This document shows, one piece after another, positions 37,720-51,385 of a DNA stretch of 64,000 nucleotides. Below the pieces are notes generated by a model. That model ran no database searches, had not been told where the DNA came from, and saw nothing but the letters and a program-made list of their open reading frames with translations. Each line of letters opens with the position of its first letter. Position 1 is the stretch's first letter. Both the position numbers and the translations under genes were made by a program. Source of the DNA: Haplodiscus bocki (Eukaryota); the NCBI GenBank assembly GCA_965655095.1, contig OZ296648.1:25482001-25546000 (forward strand), read 5' to 3'.

Positions 37720-39200
37720 TCGGTCATGAGAAACGAAAAAGTTTCGACAAATCATTGTTGCATCCCCGCTCCTATGCATGAAAATTTTCGATACCAGAAT
37801 TTTCTCAAAAGACAGATTTTTTGCCCCTGTGAGGTATTGAAAAATTTTTTGCTTCAGAGGGTTATGTCACGATTTTCCGTCGAAAATTTTTTGTCTCACA
37901 GTACCGAAACATTTCGTAGGGGAACCCTTCTTTGTTTTACAAAGTTTCTGGTATGGAAAAAATTTGTGGATGAGAGGGGAGGACGGAGTATCACGATTTT
38001 CTGTCAAAAATTTTTTGTCCCACAGTGCCAAAAATTTTCGTGGGGGAACCGTTCTGCGTTGTGTTCCGGAAAGTTTCCGGTAGCGAAAAAGTTTAGGGAT
38101 AAGAGGGAGGGAGGGAGAATTATCAAGATTTTCCGTCTAAAATTTTTTGTCTCACAGTGCCGAAAAACTTCGTAGGGGAGCCCTTCAGTGTGTCATTAAT
38201 TTCGGGTATCAAAAAATTTTATGCTTCAGCAGAGGGTTATGTCACGATTTTCCGTCCAAATTTTGTTGTCTCACAGTACCGAAAAACTTCGTAGGGGAAC
38301 CCTTCTTTGTTTTACAAAATTTCTGGTATGGAAAAAATTTGTGGATGAGAAAATTGGGAGTGTCGAAAAATTGCATGCATAATAGGGGGTATCACGATTT
38401 TCTGTCAAAAATTTTTTGTCCCACAGTGCCAAAAATTTTCGTGGGGGAACCCTTCAGTGTGTCACTAGTTTGGGGTATGGAAAATTTTTATGCTTCAGAG
38501 AGTTATGTCACGATTTTCTGTCGAAATTTGTTTCTTACAGTGCCGAAAAATTTCGTAGAGGAACCCTTCTGATCTGTGTTTCAGAAAATTTCCGGTAGAG
38601 AAAAAGTTTATGGATAAGAGGAGGGAGTATCAAGGTTTTCCGTCGAAAATTTTTTGTCTCAGTGCCGAAAATTTTCTTAGGGGAATCCTTTACTGTTGCA
38701 TTATTTTCGGGTAGCGAAAAAGTTTAAGGATAAGAGGGGGAGGGGAGTATCAAGATTTTCCGTCAAAAGTTTTTTGTCTCTCAGTGCCGAAAAATTTCGT
38801 GGAATCCCTTAGTGTTTCACTAGTTTCTGGTATGGAAAATGTTAGGGATAAATCGTAAAAATTTTTGGCAGGGCAGTGACTCGAACCCTGAACCTACTGC
38901 TTGAGAACATTGTTATCATAAGCCTACCGCTGTCATTTATTTTTGATCAAAAAGAGTTGGCAGTTTTGGTCTGAAAAAAATGACCCTACTGAATGAATAA
39001 TTTTTCTTGTATATTTTATACACTGCGAAAAATAATAATGTTTCCAGCATTTTCGGCCTGTCAAGATTCGGACACAAGTTAAATAATGATGATATTCCTT
39101 TTGAAAGGTCTTCCTCATATGAAAGGTTGTCAATTGGGACTCTGATAAAAAAATCGAACATTGAACCACGTAGTTTTCAAGGAAAGTGAGTTTCAACATA
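37720..39200 (+). repeat. Second block of the ~120-bp tandem array plus tRNA-derived tail
   Basis: TCTCACAGT/TCCCACAGT units at about 37893, 38018, 38151, 38270, 38419 and 38533, then an inverted pseudo-tRNA at 38866-38932. Confidence 0.8.
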
Positions 39201-39893
39201 CAGCAAAATCGATACTTGGGGTACCAAGATAACGAAAAAAATTGATTCCAAAAAGCAGACAAAATTTCAATTATTCATATCTTTAATTAACTTTTTCAAG
39301 AAAATCTTTATTTTTCTGATTTTTTTGAAAAATCTGTTGTCAAAACTGCATTCTACGCGTACAGGTTAACATTTTGAACGAAGTTTTAATCTGAAATTTT
39401 CTCGGAGTTTGAGCGACATATTTTCGACTGGGTCATCAAAACTGATCTCTTAAGTGTCCGGATGAACATTTTGAGCGAATAATTATTTTCGAAAGTTTCG
39501 CAGTTGACGCAGCCAGAATTGGCAAATCGACAGAGAAAAAGTCTACGTACAGAGAAAATGAGTTTACTTACGGACGGAATTATCCATTACGACGGAAAGT
39601 AATAAATATGTTCGGAAATTAGCAATTGAAAAATGAACCAGTTGGGGGTTGGTTTTCATTACAGCATGTAATAAATACAAAGACATGGTGAAACTGCAAT
39701 GTGACGTTTCAGTGAAATTCTTAGATTTTGCCAAGTTTCCTGAAATCAGTTGCTTGCTTAAATAATGTTATTAGACGGAAAAATCAACTTCGTTGAAGTT
39801 AAGGCATTCGAGTTTAAATATGAGGTTTTTGTTACGCAGTCAAAAAGGAGGCCAAAAACAGCGATACAATTGTATTATTTCTCACTTTTTCAG

Positions 39894-42800
39894 GATGGAA
39901 GCTTGTGAAACAGCTTACGGGAAGGAAAAAATTGATAAACTTGTCCTGATGAAAAGGAATGGTGTTGGTCTGGAAGGATATGATGAGAATCCGTTCCAGT
40001 ATAAATTTCTGCCTCAATTTCAGAAACCCAATCAGAAAATTGACAAGTACTATAAGTGGTACTATGAACGTTGGGCCCTTCTTAGGAATCAGAAATTAAA
40101 AGCCAACACGAAGAACGGGTCAGGTAGTGAACGGTGGAAAGACTTGAGAGAATCTCCGTTTTCAAGGTCAAGAAACGATCGAACCAAGCAAGATACAAGC
40201 CACAAGGAATCAAGAGAAAACAGCAGGAGGTCAAGAAACAGTTTCCTGAAAGATGGAATTGGTCGGTCAAAAACTTTGAGTGACAAAAATGATCCACGGA
40301 CTTGGTTTTATTTTTTTGAGCGTGGAGACGGTGATCCAAATAATAACAATCCTCGAACGCCGTCTATAGAAGACAAAAAAGACCCAAATATAGATAGTTT
40401 TGGTCAAGTCGGAGTTAAACGTGATGATTCTTCAAAAGATAGAAGCTTGCAACAAGACTTTTCTGTGGAACCTGCGAAAAGTTTTGCTGAAAGACCTAAA
40501 TGTGATATCATCTCCTCTTCGGCAAAGAAACCTTCATCTAAAATTGGGGCTCCGGGTATTGTGGAAAAAATAGAAAAACAGGAAGCGCTGACACCAAAAA
40601 GGTCTAATTATAAAGGGCCGGAAAATACATCGAAACTTTCACCTGTATTGCTGAATATAAAATGTGACAAAAAAAGCGGTGAACTCAAAGCAAATGTTGA
40701 AGAAACGGAAGACGGTGAAATAAAATGTGAATCGAGTGAACAGAAAGTTACAACTGAAAAGAAACACAGTTTAGAAGATTCAAAACTAGAAAATGAAAAG
40801 TATCGGGAAGGATTCATTAGCTGCAGGAACAACAAAGAATCAATTGACCAACGCTCAAAAAATGGAATGGATTCTAAATCTGTGAGCAAAGATAAAAATG
40901 TTTCGAGAAGTAATCGAAAACATGATAATGCCGAAGATCATGCCAGCAAGAAAAAGTGCAGGAAGTCCTCGAAACATAAAGATGGCGTTGGCCAAAATGA
41001 ACTTAAAGATCGATCAAAAAGGGTCAAATCAAGATCCAGAAGTCCTGAGCGAAGGCGACGAAGGTGGAAGTCTCGGAGTCGAGAGAGAAAACGGCTTAGA
41101 ACGTACAATAGTCCAGACAAGAGTCGACAACACATTTCTGAAAAGAACCGAAAATATAGTCCTGACAATGAAAGGAAGCATAACTATACGCGGATTGTGG
41201 AGGATTATCGCAAGAAGCGATTAAAATCAAAGACTCCTAGCCGGAACCGACATATGAAGTGCTTGCACAGGGAACGAACTATTTCCAGACCAAGAGAAAG
41301 AAGAAGCGTCAGTAGAGCTAATAAGAGACATGGTACTGATCCGTTTTACGAGTCTTCCTGGCGAAAAAATGGAGCCAAGGAATCGAAAACAGAAAACAAA
41401 AAACAGAAAGAAGAATTGAAAGCGAGCGCTTCCAGTCATGTCAAGGATAATTCGACCGATTCATCTTTGATTCTTTCAAAGACAGTTGATACGGAAGAGA
41501 AGTTTTTTCAACCAGAGCAATGGAAAGGAAAAAGGAATGAGGATTATTTGTATATTTTCGAAGTCAAGTGTTCGGAAAATGACTCCAAAACAACGAAAAC
41601 TGAAATTGATCTGGCGATGGAAGTTAAACAAAAGAACCCCGAGGCTAAAGCTGATAAACTGATGGAGGTAGTTGTATCGGGAAACATTCCGCATCATGAT
41701 GGTGAGCCCATTGCTTCAAATAATTGTCATGAACATTTGTCGGCTCAAAGTCAAGTGGATGCGCCTCACGGATTTCGTGGAGAAAATATTGTATGTTCTC
41801 GCAGCCCTGATATAGGGGCAACTGAAATCGATGCGACTCATTTCAACGTAAACAAATGCAAACGTGCACTTATAGGAGAAGACTATTGTTCCTGCGAGAG
41901 CAGAACTGACACTTTGAAACGAGCTTTTGAGAAGAGTCCTGAAATTCTTCGCGGCCATGAAAGCACGCAACCTCTACTTAGGGACCAATCCGCAGATTTT
42001 ACTCCTAAGAGGAATGTTCAACTGAAGCAAAAAGGAGAAGTCAGTGACATTGAAAAGAGAACAACAGAGATCAGCGGTAAAACAGATGACAGTGAATCCG
42101 ATAAAGAGAACTCTCAGCCAACGAAATCTCTCATACCGAAACTGAAACTCAAGTCCCAATTAAGACAAAACGCTGAACGGCCTGCCCTGTGTGTTTTGCC
42201 TTGTCGTCTTGAATCACCACGTTTGGCAAGCAACGACGTCCTTTCAAGTATTTTAGGTCGAATGGAGGGCTTAGCGCAGAATCAGAAAAATCTGAAGCCA
42301 AAAACTTCTGCAAATTCAGATTTTCTGAAAAATCCGTCCATGTTCAACAAGTTTGTTCTTTCAGGTTCTTCCAATTTAAACAAAGAGAAACCACCGAATA
42401 TAATTTCCCATTCGGCCGCTCAACAGGTAAACGGGACAAAAACCAATTCCGAGAATAAAAACTCACCAATTATTCTGTTGGCTAATTTTGACTCGACTGA
42501 TTTTTCGAATGAATTAAGTCGGTCGTATGAAGATAGCTGTTCGGTTATACCCGAAATCGACAGTTTTCTGGAAGAGTGCCTGCAGCTTGATAACTTTTTA
42601 AAACTTGGCAAAATGTCCTCTTCAAGCCAAATGGAGTCTAAGGAAAAACCAAACTGGAAACGGTGGAAAGAATGGAAAGAAAGATGTGAAAAACATGATA
42701 CTGAGCCCAAAGCAGCTGAATGTGAACCGAACTTTAAATTAGAAAATAGACTTCCGGACAAGGTTGAGTCAAATTGTGCTAAACAAGTAACAGTAGACAA

Positions 42801-43911
42801 TTCTTCGGATAATTTGAATCCTCTTCAGTTCTGTGACCTACAATTTGTTGAGCTACTGGACGAAAATGCTTCCATTTCGGACGCTTTTGCGAGCGATGGT
42901 ACCATCATGTCTGGCGATGTAGGTGATACGCAAAAGCACATCGTTTCTGAAACTGCGCATGAGTTTTTCTCTGAAGAAGCTATGTTCAATTTAACCGCTT
43001 TGGAGCGAAAACCTGAATCGCAGACGCAGTTCAATGGAATCGAGTCTTCAGAAGATGATATAGATTTCGAAGATGTAAACATTGGAAAATTGGTGGTGGA
43101 AATGGAAACAATGGCAGACAAGTCCTCTGTTATTGAGCCTATTCCAGAACAGCTGGATCTCGATTCTGAGTCGGAGTGGCTTGTGAACAGGCACAAGAAA
43201 GTGTGTCGCAGAAAGAATACTTCAAAAACGAAACTACAGATTGATTCTTCTGAAGATGAGGATGATGGTGATCATGAGAAACAAGACTCAATAGCTGTCT
43301 CCCCTTCTCGGGAACTTTCTGTTATGGTTGATTCAAGTATGCCAAAATTCGATAGAAATGGAAATATAGTTTTGAATGATAGTGGTCTCATGAAGCCGAA
43401 TCTTTCCAATTTGTCAACGTCGAGTTTTGTTACATTCGACAGCAGTGGCAAGTTTTCAGAATGCAGTTCAAAATCATCCAACTCTGTAGCGTCTTTCAGA
43501 CAAAAAGTCATCTCGTGTCTGAAAAAGTCGAACAAATCTGGTAAATGCAAGTACTGTAAACCAAGACGAAGACTAAAAAACAGAAAGATATCATCTAATA
43601 ATAGTTACTCCGTGCTGCCCGGCGAGAACATGTCAAAATATTCTCACCAACAACCGAATCCAGCTGAGTCTTGTAAAACAGATACAAATATGGCAACGGT
43701 CGTCAATGTTGATGAAGAAGGGAAGGATAACTTAACTGAACAAAATGTGGTAATGTCTGACTACGAGGGAAAGATTTCAGAGGAGTTTCGCTATCAGAAT
43801 CTGGAGTTATGCAATAATGACGCGATTGAAAATGTAGAGAATATATCCGAGAGCGATGAAGATTTCGATGACGCGCCAAGGTCGCCTGAAATTGGTAGGA
43901 GGATTTTTTGA
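39894..43911 (+). CDS. CASP8AP2: FLASH/CASP8AP2-like protein, 4-kb exon 3 (low-complexity K/R/S-rich and acidic)
   Basis: Open frame of about 1340 codons; TTTTTCAG acceptor at 39893 is in phase 2, matching exon 2 (NTLNF-R-MEACE). Total CDS 4452 nt, 1483 aa. A very large disordered exon is typical of FLASH. The link across the 9.4-kb intron is inferred. Confidence 0.75.
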
Positions 43912-44070
43912 TCTGAACAACGGTGATTATTCGAATATTTTTGGAATAGAATAATTTAAACTAATTGGCTAAGTATTGTTGCCGAATGTAGAAATCATAA
44001 TTTAGAGTGTTTTTTGAATCTGACTGATTTTTGAATTGTTTATTGAGTCGACAAAGCTCTATCTTTGTTA

Positions 44071-44198
44071 ACGTATTTAATCGAATTATAGTCGCGATTG
44101 AATTAAGGCCGCTTTAAATTTTCCTGGGGAAAGGTGAGAGGCCGCACACCAATAGAAGCCGCAACCAAAAACTGCGGCTACTACTCGATTAAATACGG
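44071..44198. mobile_element. Tc1/mariner (pogo/Tigger-type) MITE
   Basis: TA duplication on both sides; TIR (A/C)CGTATTTAATCGA. Confidence 0.65.
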
Positions 44199-47100
44199 TA
44201 TCTATCTTTGTGTCCGGTTCCTCATTTTTCTCATCTCCTATGTCGGGTCTTTTTTTACCCCACCTTGTGACAAAAAATTAAGCCCGTTGAAAAAACGCTT
44301 CCATCTTTTGCAATTTATTTTTTTGATCGAGGGTCTGTAGCCAGTTATTATATGAGTTCAATACCTTTTTGACTTTGCAATACTGTCAATAATCGAAAAT
44401 GCTATTTTCGGGGAAAACAAAAACTTCATTGGTTGGGGAAGATATTAAAATGGCCCCAACATCTTTGTATTTGATGGAATTTATTGTTCAGCTTAGAATG
44501 TGACCATTTGTTAATTTTTTTTTATTGTTCAGATTTGTATATAATTAATAATGACTACTAAATCTGACAATTCGATTGGTACACTTTTTTTTATCTTTAG
44601 CTTAAAATACCATGGCTTAAAATGCTTCTCCATAAGCTTTCGAATGTAACCTTGCATTGGACAAGAAACTTGCCTCGGTTACACAAAATAGCATTGGATC
44701 AGACCAATGAGAATCAACTGTTTTGATTTTTCTAGTCTGATACGTTTTGTGAGCGTATAACAAAGAGCTTTATTGTGGTAGTTTCCAGCATATTTCAATG
44801 TGAGTGGAAAATCATGCTCTCAACGCGTGCGGTTTTCACATCTATTTACCCATTGCATGAGATATGAGTTTGCGAAGTTTGCATTTTTAAATCAAATTAA
44901 AGCAAATGTGTCGTAGAATGAGAATGAAATAGTAGGGTTTAAAAACGTACAAAAGTAGGGATTTTCAGTGGAAAACGTCGGGCTTATCAAAAATTTAAGG
45001 CGGCAAACGCCAGCTGATAATGGTCAATCCTCGTTTTGTGTCTTTCACAGCTCGTACAAGGTGATGGTGAGATGAATCTAATCAGTCTGGTATCATTTGG
45101 GCTAGTAGTTAAGGATGACAGTCAGTGTGCGGACGTACTACGACCGACCGGGTTAGAATCACATCTCGGGCAGCTTTTTTGCGGTCGATGTCTCCCTTTT
45201 CCTCAATTTGGCGTCTTATTTTTGGAAAAATTACCTATCTTCTCGAATGGGAGAGAATTTTCTGCATTGATTTTTTTGCAAATTCAATCTAAATCAAATT
45301 TTTTGAATTTGTTGACTATTTTCGCCGAGGTTTGAAATTGATACCAAAATTTAAATTTTATAACCTTTTCTGAATTGAGCTAATTTTTAAATAACAAAAA
45401 CAAACTCTGCTACATACGCGCAATTCTTACGTTTTTCCTACCACGAATTTTTTTGGACGAAAATTGACGAGGTTATTACAAACGGAAATAAATCGATTTT
45501 GTTTTTTTGCGAAAAAAACCGAATATCGTAAATTTAGCGCACAAACATACAAAATAGTTTTTTGCGGTATTTTTGATATCTTTTTTGGCTCAAGATTATT
45601 CTTTGGAACTATGCGTGCAGCTTAAAGTGGCACAAAATATTGGGTTCTGAAGAAAGGCTCCCAACTTCTATCGTCCTTGTCAAGACTTTGTGTTTTCAGC
45701 GAAGGCCATAAGTGAGCTAGTTACCAGATTTCATCAGATTTTTCGCAATTCCGATTTCAATATCGAAATTTAGCGGCTTTTCCCAACTGATACGACAACG
45801 CATGAATATAGTTAAAAACAGCAGACCTTTTGTTGTTTTTGAGGCTTTTTGATTTGCCTAAATAGCGTTGTTGGTGCTATAAAGTAAACCAGAACAGCTT
45901 ACTTGGCGTTTCACCCTATTTTTGCACTTTTGTTTTCCTTATCAACCGACATTGCTACCAAGCTAAACTATTTTGATTCTTAAGCATGAATATGGCTGAA
46001 TTTGTGCTTAAGAAAAACAAAGTTAACCTTTAGGGAACTTTTCGTTGTTTTAGGGTAATTAATAATAACTGGAATTACGACTCTCCAGCAGGTTTCGCTC
46101 GGTTGCCTTCAGCTAAATGGCAAAATTTTGGTTTTCAGCTAAAAGTGCATCCAAAACCAATACGACACGACTTATCTTTGAAGCCTACTGTAAATATAAA
46201 CCTTTTGCTAGAAAATGGTTGTTGTTAGAAATTTTTGAGGATTGCTAACTTTTCAATTTTTGCATATTTTTGCTAGTTTGCCTTCCCAATCAAACTTTGT
46301 GACTACGAGTCCAGGTAAACTGAATAGGAAGTGTTGAATTTTGAGAAGTTTTTTTTGGAAATTCTATGCAAAAAGAAAAGGGTAATTGTGCTCCAGAGTC
46401 AGTCTGAAACTGTGATAGTTTGCGATTTTCTGTAGTCTTCGTTCTTTTGCTCTCCAAATCTGCCTTTTAGCTCCAATGGTATCAGTGTTTGTTCAAACGC
46501 AAGTGCTACTGCTACAAGTTAACCAAGCTTAATTACTCTAAGATAATCTACTTTCTTAGCCATGTGAGAGCCTTTTCCGGCCCTGGGGCGCCTATATTTG
46601 GTATGCTTCTGGAAAAATTTCAAATGTAACCAAAGTTTTTTCATGTAAGGTTTACGCATTTTCGCTGTGAAGAAAAAATTTACAGTCTTTAGCAACCATG
46701 CCAGGAACGGTTTTCAAGACAGTCTGACAAATTTGAGTTTATACTGAGGTAGAATCACGTTTCATTCATCTCGAAGTGTTCATGTTCTTCTGGACATGTT
46801 TTCACGGGTATTTATGGTTAGTGCTGCGCCAGATTTTTGAAAAATTGGCTGAGTTTCTTCCCAGGTTGGCGAAGCTTCGCTTTGGCTTTGTTGAACTTGG
46901 GCAACTAGGTGTTTTGTCACAGGCTTCTGCCGCTTTTTCTCCGGTCCGTTCACCACTCGAATTTGTTTCTAGGTTGTAAGCAATGTCCTAGATTTCGTTT
47001 TGGTGTTCTGGCTTTCATGCAAAACTTTGTTCATCCGATCTTGCACAATTGCAAAAAGACTTTTCACTCGGCGTATTTTCCAGTGTGCGAAGATGTTTGA

Positions 47101-48478
47101 AATAAAATCAAATTTCACTGCTATACACGTTTTCTTTTGTAAGTTGTATTGTACGTTGTATTTAACTTTATTAGAATTGAGTGAATCTGTTCTTTTCTGT
47201 TTTGTTAATAATCACTAGTTTTCGTAGTACCTTTCAAAAATCATATGTAGTTGTTCGACTTATTCACTGGTTTTCCGTTGGCGTAAGCTTTGCGAAGCGC
47301 AGCTTCGCTTCTGTTTAAAAATTGGGATAAAGTTTCAAATTTGATGTAGAATGCGGATAGAATGGTAACGTCTCAACAAAATGCCTTTTTGCTACCAAAA
47401 TTCAGGATTAATTAAAAATAAGACTGAAGTTTTCAAAAAATTGGAAAGCGTAGCAAATGTTATATTTAACGCATTTGGAAGAGTAATTTCTCCTTGAAAC
47501 ACGTTAACAAAGCTGCGGGGCGGAAATCATGCCAGAGGTAGCCGGGTGTCTTGTTTTTTTTTCTTTTTCGACTATACTTTAGTGTAGAGAAAAATATTCA
47601 ATCAAGTACTCGGCTCTTGCTTTCCAAAATGTACCGCGGCATTCTGCCAGCTCATTCGCGTGTCTCAATCAAAATCAATACACCGGAAGGAAGTATAACA
47701 TTGGTCGATTTTCTGCCATATGTTTTCAAATGTGGGCGATAATCGAGGAAAAAATAGAGTGACGTTTGATCGAGGAATAAATGGGGGATATCACGTTCTT
47801 TGTTGTTTTTTTTCGAGAAAACAAATTGAAAATGCAAAGGGAGACCGAAAAAAAATATGCATGGTAAGTTAGTAAATGTGAAGAATCATGGAGTGGCAGA
47901 TAATCGATGGATAAACGGCAGGTATCACGAAACTTTTGGCATATGCATAATGACTGAGATGCGCAAAAATTAAAGGCGCGAAAAATAATTGCCAATATTT
48001 TTACTCCCAATTATGTATATTTACGATTCACCAATGTAAATTACGTATTTAACAGCGGAAAATTAGTTAAGTTTTTCTTTTCCGAATTTGATGCTCGAAC
48101 GATGGAAACACTCTTTTTTTATTAAACGACATTTTAGCCGAGTCAACTTCGTTCTTAAGTATTGTAAGGAACAGACATTTAGGCCAATTTGTCACAAAAA
48201 CCAGATTTTTTAGCAACTTGCTCTCCATTTTGGACTCGAAAGCTTGACAGTGACGTGGTGACCAACGAAGATTCAAGTGAAAAAATGAACAATCATTTTT
48301 TCTCCGAAGCTGGTATATAAAATATATTAAATTAAGTGATATATATTAAATATATCACAGTAGTACTTACTGGTACTTACTGTGCCTCTTGGTTCTCGAC
48401 TGTCAACAAATTTTGAACTTAAGTAACCCCGATGCATCTATCTGGATTTATGATAATGAAATTTTTATAAAAAGCTTT

Positions 48479-48560
48479 CGACAGAGATGGGATTCGAACC
48501 CACGCACGGAGACCGTATTGGATTAGCAGTCCAACGCCTTAACCACTCGGCCACCCTGTC
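48479..48560 (-). tRNA. trnS-GCT: tRNA-Ser(GCT)
   Basis: GACAGGGTGGCCGAGTGGTTAAGGCGTTGGACTGCTAATCCAATACGGTCTCCGTGCGTGGGTTCGAATCCCATCTCTGTCG: intact A and B boxes, paired acceptor and anticodon stems, long variable arm, G discriminator, TTTTT terminator a few nt downstream. Confidence 0.96.
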
Positions 48561-49088
48561 ATGTTTTTGATGAAACGCATTTGAATCGGCTTCCCATGCT
48601 ACCAAAGGTACTAATTATCATAAATAATGCTTTGTTTCATCAACTATTCATCCATCCATAGATCACCCATTTTTTCCCAATGAAGGGCGAAGGAAGTATT
48701 GATTGAGGAGTTTCTAATTAGGAAAGCTGCTTTATGGATTATGGTAAGAAAGGAAAGCGCTTTGTGATGTGTTTAGCTAGGGCTGTTATGAAAAACGCCC
48801 GACGATTACAATGGAAGACTTCGGGCGTAAACACCATGTCATTAAACCAGTGCAGGAAGGCAAATTTCAAAACACTAAAGGGTAGCTTTACGGAGTTTTT
48901 TGGAACTGTGAGTTTTTCCGACAAAACAGGAATCGGGATCTCTTTTCTTAACTCCACCCCCTTCAGTAGTAACGAGAATTTTAGCCCCCCTCCCCCACCG
49001 CGTGAAAGTGAACTCTTCTCGGATTGGCTAAATTCGCTCGCACATGAGTTTCACCATTACACCGTTTTTTTCGTCGCATATCCATTAT

Positions 49089-49133
49089 GGTGTGTGTGTG
49101 TGTTGTGTTGTGTTGTGTTGTGTTGTGTTGTGT
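49089..49133. repeat. (TG)n/(TGTTG)n microsatellite
   Basis: Read directly. Confidence 0.9.
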
Positions 49134-49851
49134 TATTTGACGCAAGATCTAGAAACTGTGGTGCCCCTCTGGTACACTGAATTTTTCCCCAAAATTAAAA
49201 CTTTTCAAAGCATCAAATGCTTCCCCTTTTAGCGGCCGAATAGCCAACTGAATCTTTTCCAGTTTGTTCTAGGGGTGTGCGATTCGTTAAATTATGTTGT
49301 TCATTCTATTCTAACTCAATTCAGGTAGAAAAATTGAAATTGAAGGCAAAATCAATTCAAATGCAGAAATTCGAAAACTAATGCATTGAACCATTTTATG
49401 AACTGCATTTTTCAGTTGCATACATTTCAGTAGACATTTTCCAGCAATAAAATGTCAAAATCATGCTTTTTCGCTTCTCGTTAGATATTTAGCTGTAAGA
49501 TTCTGTACTTGATATAGCAGGAAAACCAAAATTTCGGAATTTGTACAATGGATAAAATGTACTTAAGTTTCTCGGAAACCGATGGAAAATCAATGCATTC
49601 AAATTTTCAATTCAACTCACATGTATTGTATTTTTGTACCTCAATTCAGTGGCAATGCAAAGTAAAGCATTGAAACGCGATGCATCGCACACCCCTAGCG
49701 TATTTTCCTTCTTTGTAAATTTTTTCTTTTTACGAGTGCGAGGCCTCGAAAATGTCAGCCTATCTTTCGGACAAGTCCGAATGAAATTAGTTCTTGAACG
49801 ACAGTTGCGGCGAATTTCATTTCAGATTATTCAATTTTGAGAGGAACAGCA

Positions 49852-50416
49852 ATGTTTAATCCCCGAAAAAGCGCCGGCCCAGGAGGCAGAAATAAATTGG
49901 GTCGCTTTTCGGCAACTCACGACAAGCAAAGTTACGTGTCATCGCAGCAGTTTTTCCTTTCCCTGTACAATGAACCCCCTGATGGTGAAATTTCAATAGA
50001 GGAAATTGAAAAATTGACTACTGAAAGAATTAAATTGTTGCGGCTTTTTGAATGCGCCAACATGAAGTTCACTAAAAACAGTAACGAATGGACGGAATTC
50101 ATCTTCAAAGAAATCAAAGATTATGAAAAGGTGTTTGCGTTCAAGTTTACCGATGACGAAAACTACCCGGGTTTGCTGAGAAACGACGTTGTGTCACATT
50201 ATTTCATTCGACTCCCATATTGCCGAACTGACGATCTGAGGAAGTGGTTGCTGCTGCATGAAGTGGACTTATTCAAGTTTCGATTTTCAAGGTTGCAGCT
50301 TGATTCGGACAGTCGGAACGCGGTTTCAAAATTTCTCAACAAAATTGATTTGTCTCTCAAGGTTGTCACGTTAGGGGAGAAGCAACTCCATGAGAAATGG
50401 TTAAAAGTCTGCTTGG
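49852..50416 (+). CDS. PRIM2: DNA primase large subunit (p58), exon 1
   Basis: LYNEPPDGEISIEEIEKLTTERIKLLR, NDVVSHYFIRLPYC, WLLLHEVDLFKFRF; donor GTCAGT at 50417, phase 1. Confidence 0.93.
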
Positions 50417-50636
50417 GTCAGTTCTAAGTTTATGTTGCTTGAATAGGAGGTTTCCATGTGACACTGAAATTATAGTAGTCGAGATGCTTTTCTTCGAAGA
50501 GCCAACGTTACGATTAATCCGCGTAAGACTGTCGATTTTGATTAAGACAAATTGAATTTCAACAAGACAATTTGTAAAGTAGAATTTATACTTTTACTAT
50601 TGAAAAATTTGTCAAATCGAATCTTTGGTGGAAAAT

Positions 50637-51332
50637 CGGGTGGCAGGACAAAATACCCAAACCCAAAATACCCAAAGTCCCAAAATACCCAAGTTTGAAA
50701 TGGCCTTACTAATTAATACTTAACAGCGTCTTGAACTAACAGTTTCAAGACGCCTCTAATTACTTATGGATGTTTTAAAATGTTGGTGCCGACAAAATAA
50801 AATACCACAAGTCAAAATATTCACAGAAAATTACCGTGAACAGAAAAACAGCCGCAAAGTTCAAAATTTGGGTATACACGGGGGTACCCCACAAAATTTT
50901 TGGCACTGTGGGACAAAATAGTAATTCATCGCAAAGATTTCGATACTGTGAGACAAAATTGTATTTCGCCTCAAAGATTTCGACACTGTGAGACCAAATT
51001 GTGATCCCCCAACATAGTTTTCGGTACTCTGGAAAACTTTAAATTTCAAATGGTGAGTTTTTGCAAAGTTAATCCTGGATGTGGTAGTAATTTTGTACAG
51101 TGTATTTATAATGGCGTATAGAAGTTTATTGTAAGAAGCAATAATATTCAGAATCATAATTAAGGTATCAATTAAGTGACTATTAAACATTCAAGTATTT
51201 TGGGTATTTAATGTTAAGACGCTTTTAATTATTTAATTGGTGTTGTTTCAATCTTGGGTACTTTGGTATTTTGGGACATTGGGTATTTTGGACTTTGGGT
51301 ATTTTGGGCTCGGGTATTTTGGGGTGGAACCG
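50637..51332. mobile_element. Fold-back MITE in the PRIM2 intron
   Basis: Inverted arrays of CAAAATACCC at both ends, CGG termini, possible imperfect 6-bp TSD GAAAAT/GAAAGT; contains a fragment of the tandem-array family (about 50870-51030). Confidence 0.7.
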
Positions 51333-51385
51333 GAAAGTAGATATTTGATGGAAAGTTTAGTTTAATTTTGATGTTTTTCTTCCAG

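Noticed and set aside
33592-39200. CRISPR-like repeat array
   Set aside because: Eukaryotic context, units are diverged along their whole length with no unique spacers, and no cas genes.
39793-39893. N-terminal 34 codons of the 1372-aa ORF in the ORF track
   Set aside because: Intronic; a strong acceptor at 39893 is in phase with exon 2.
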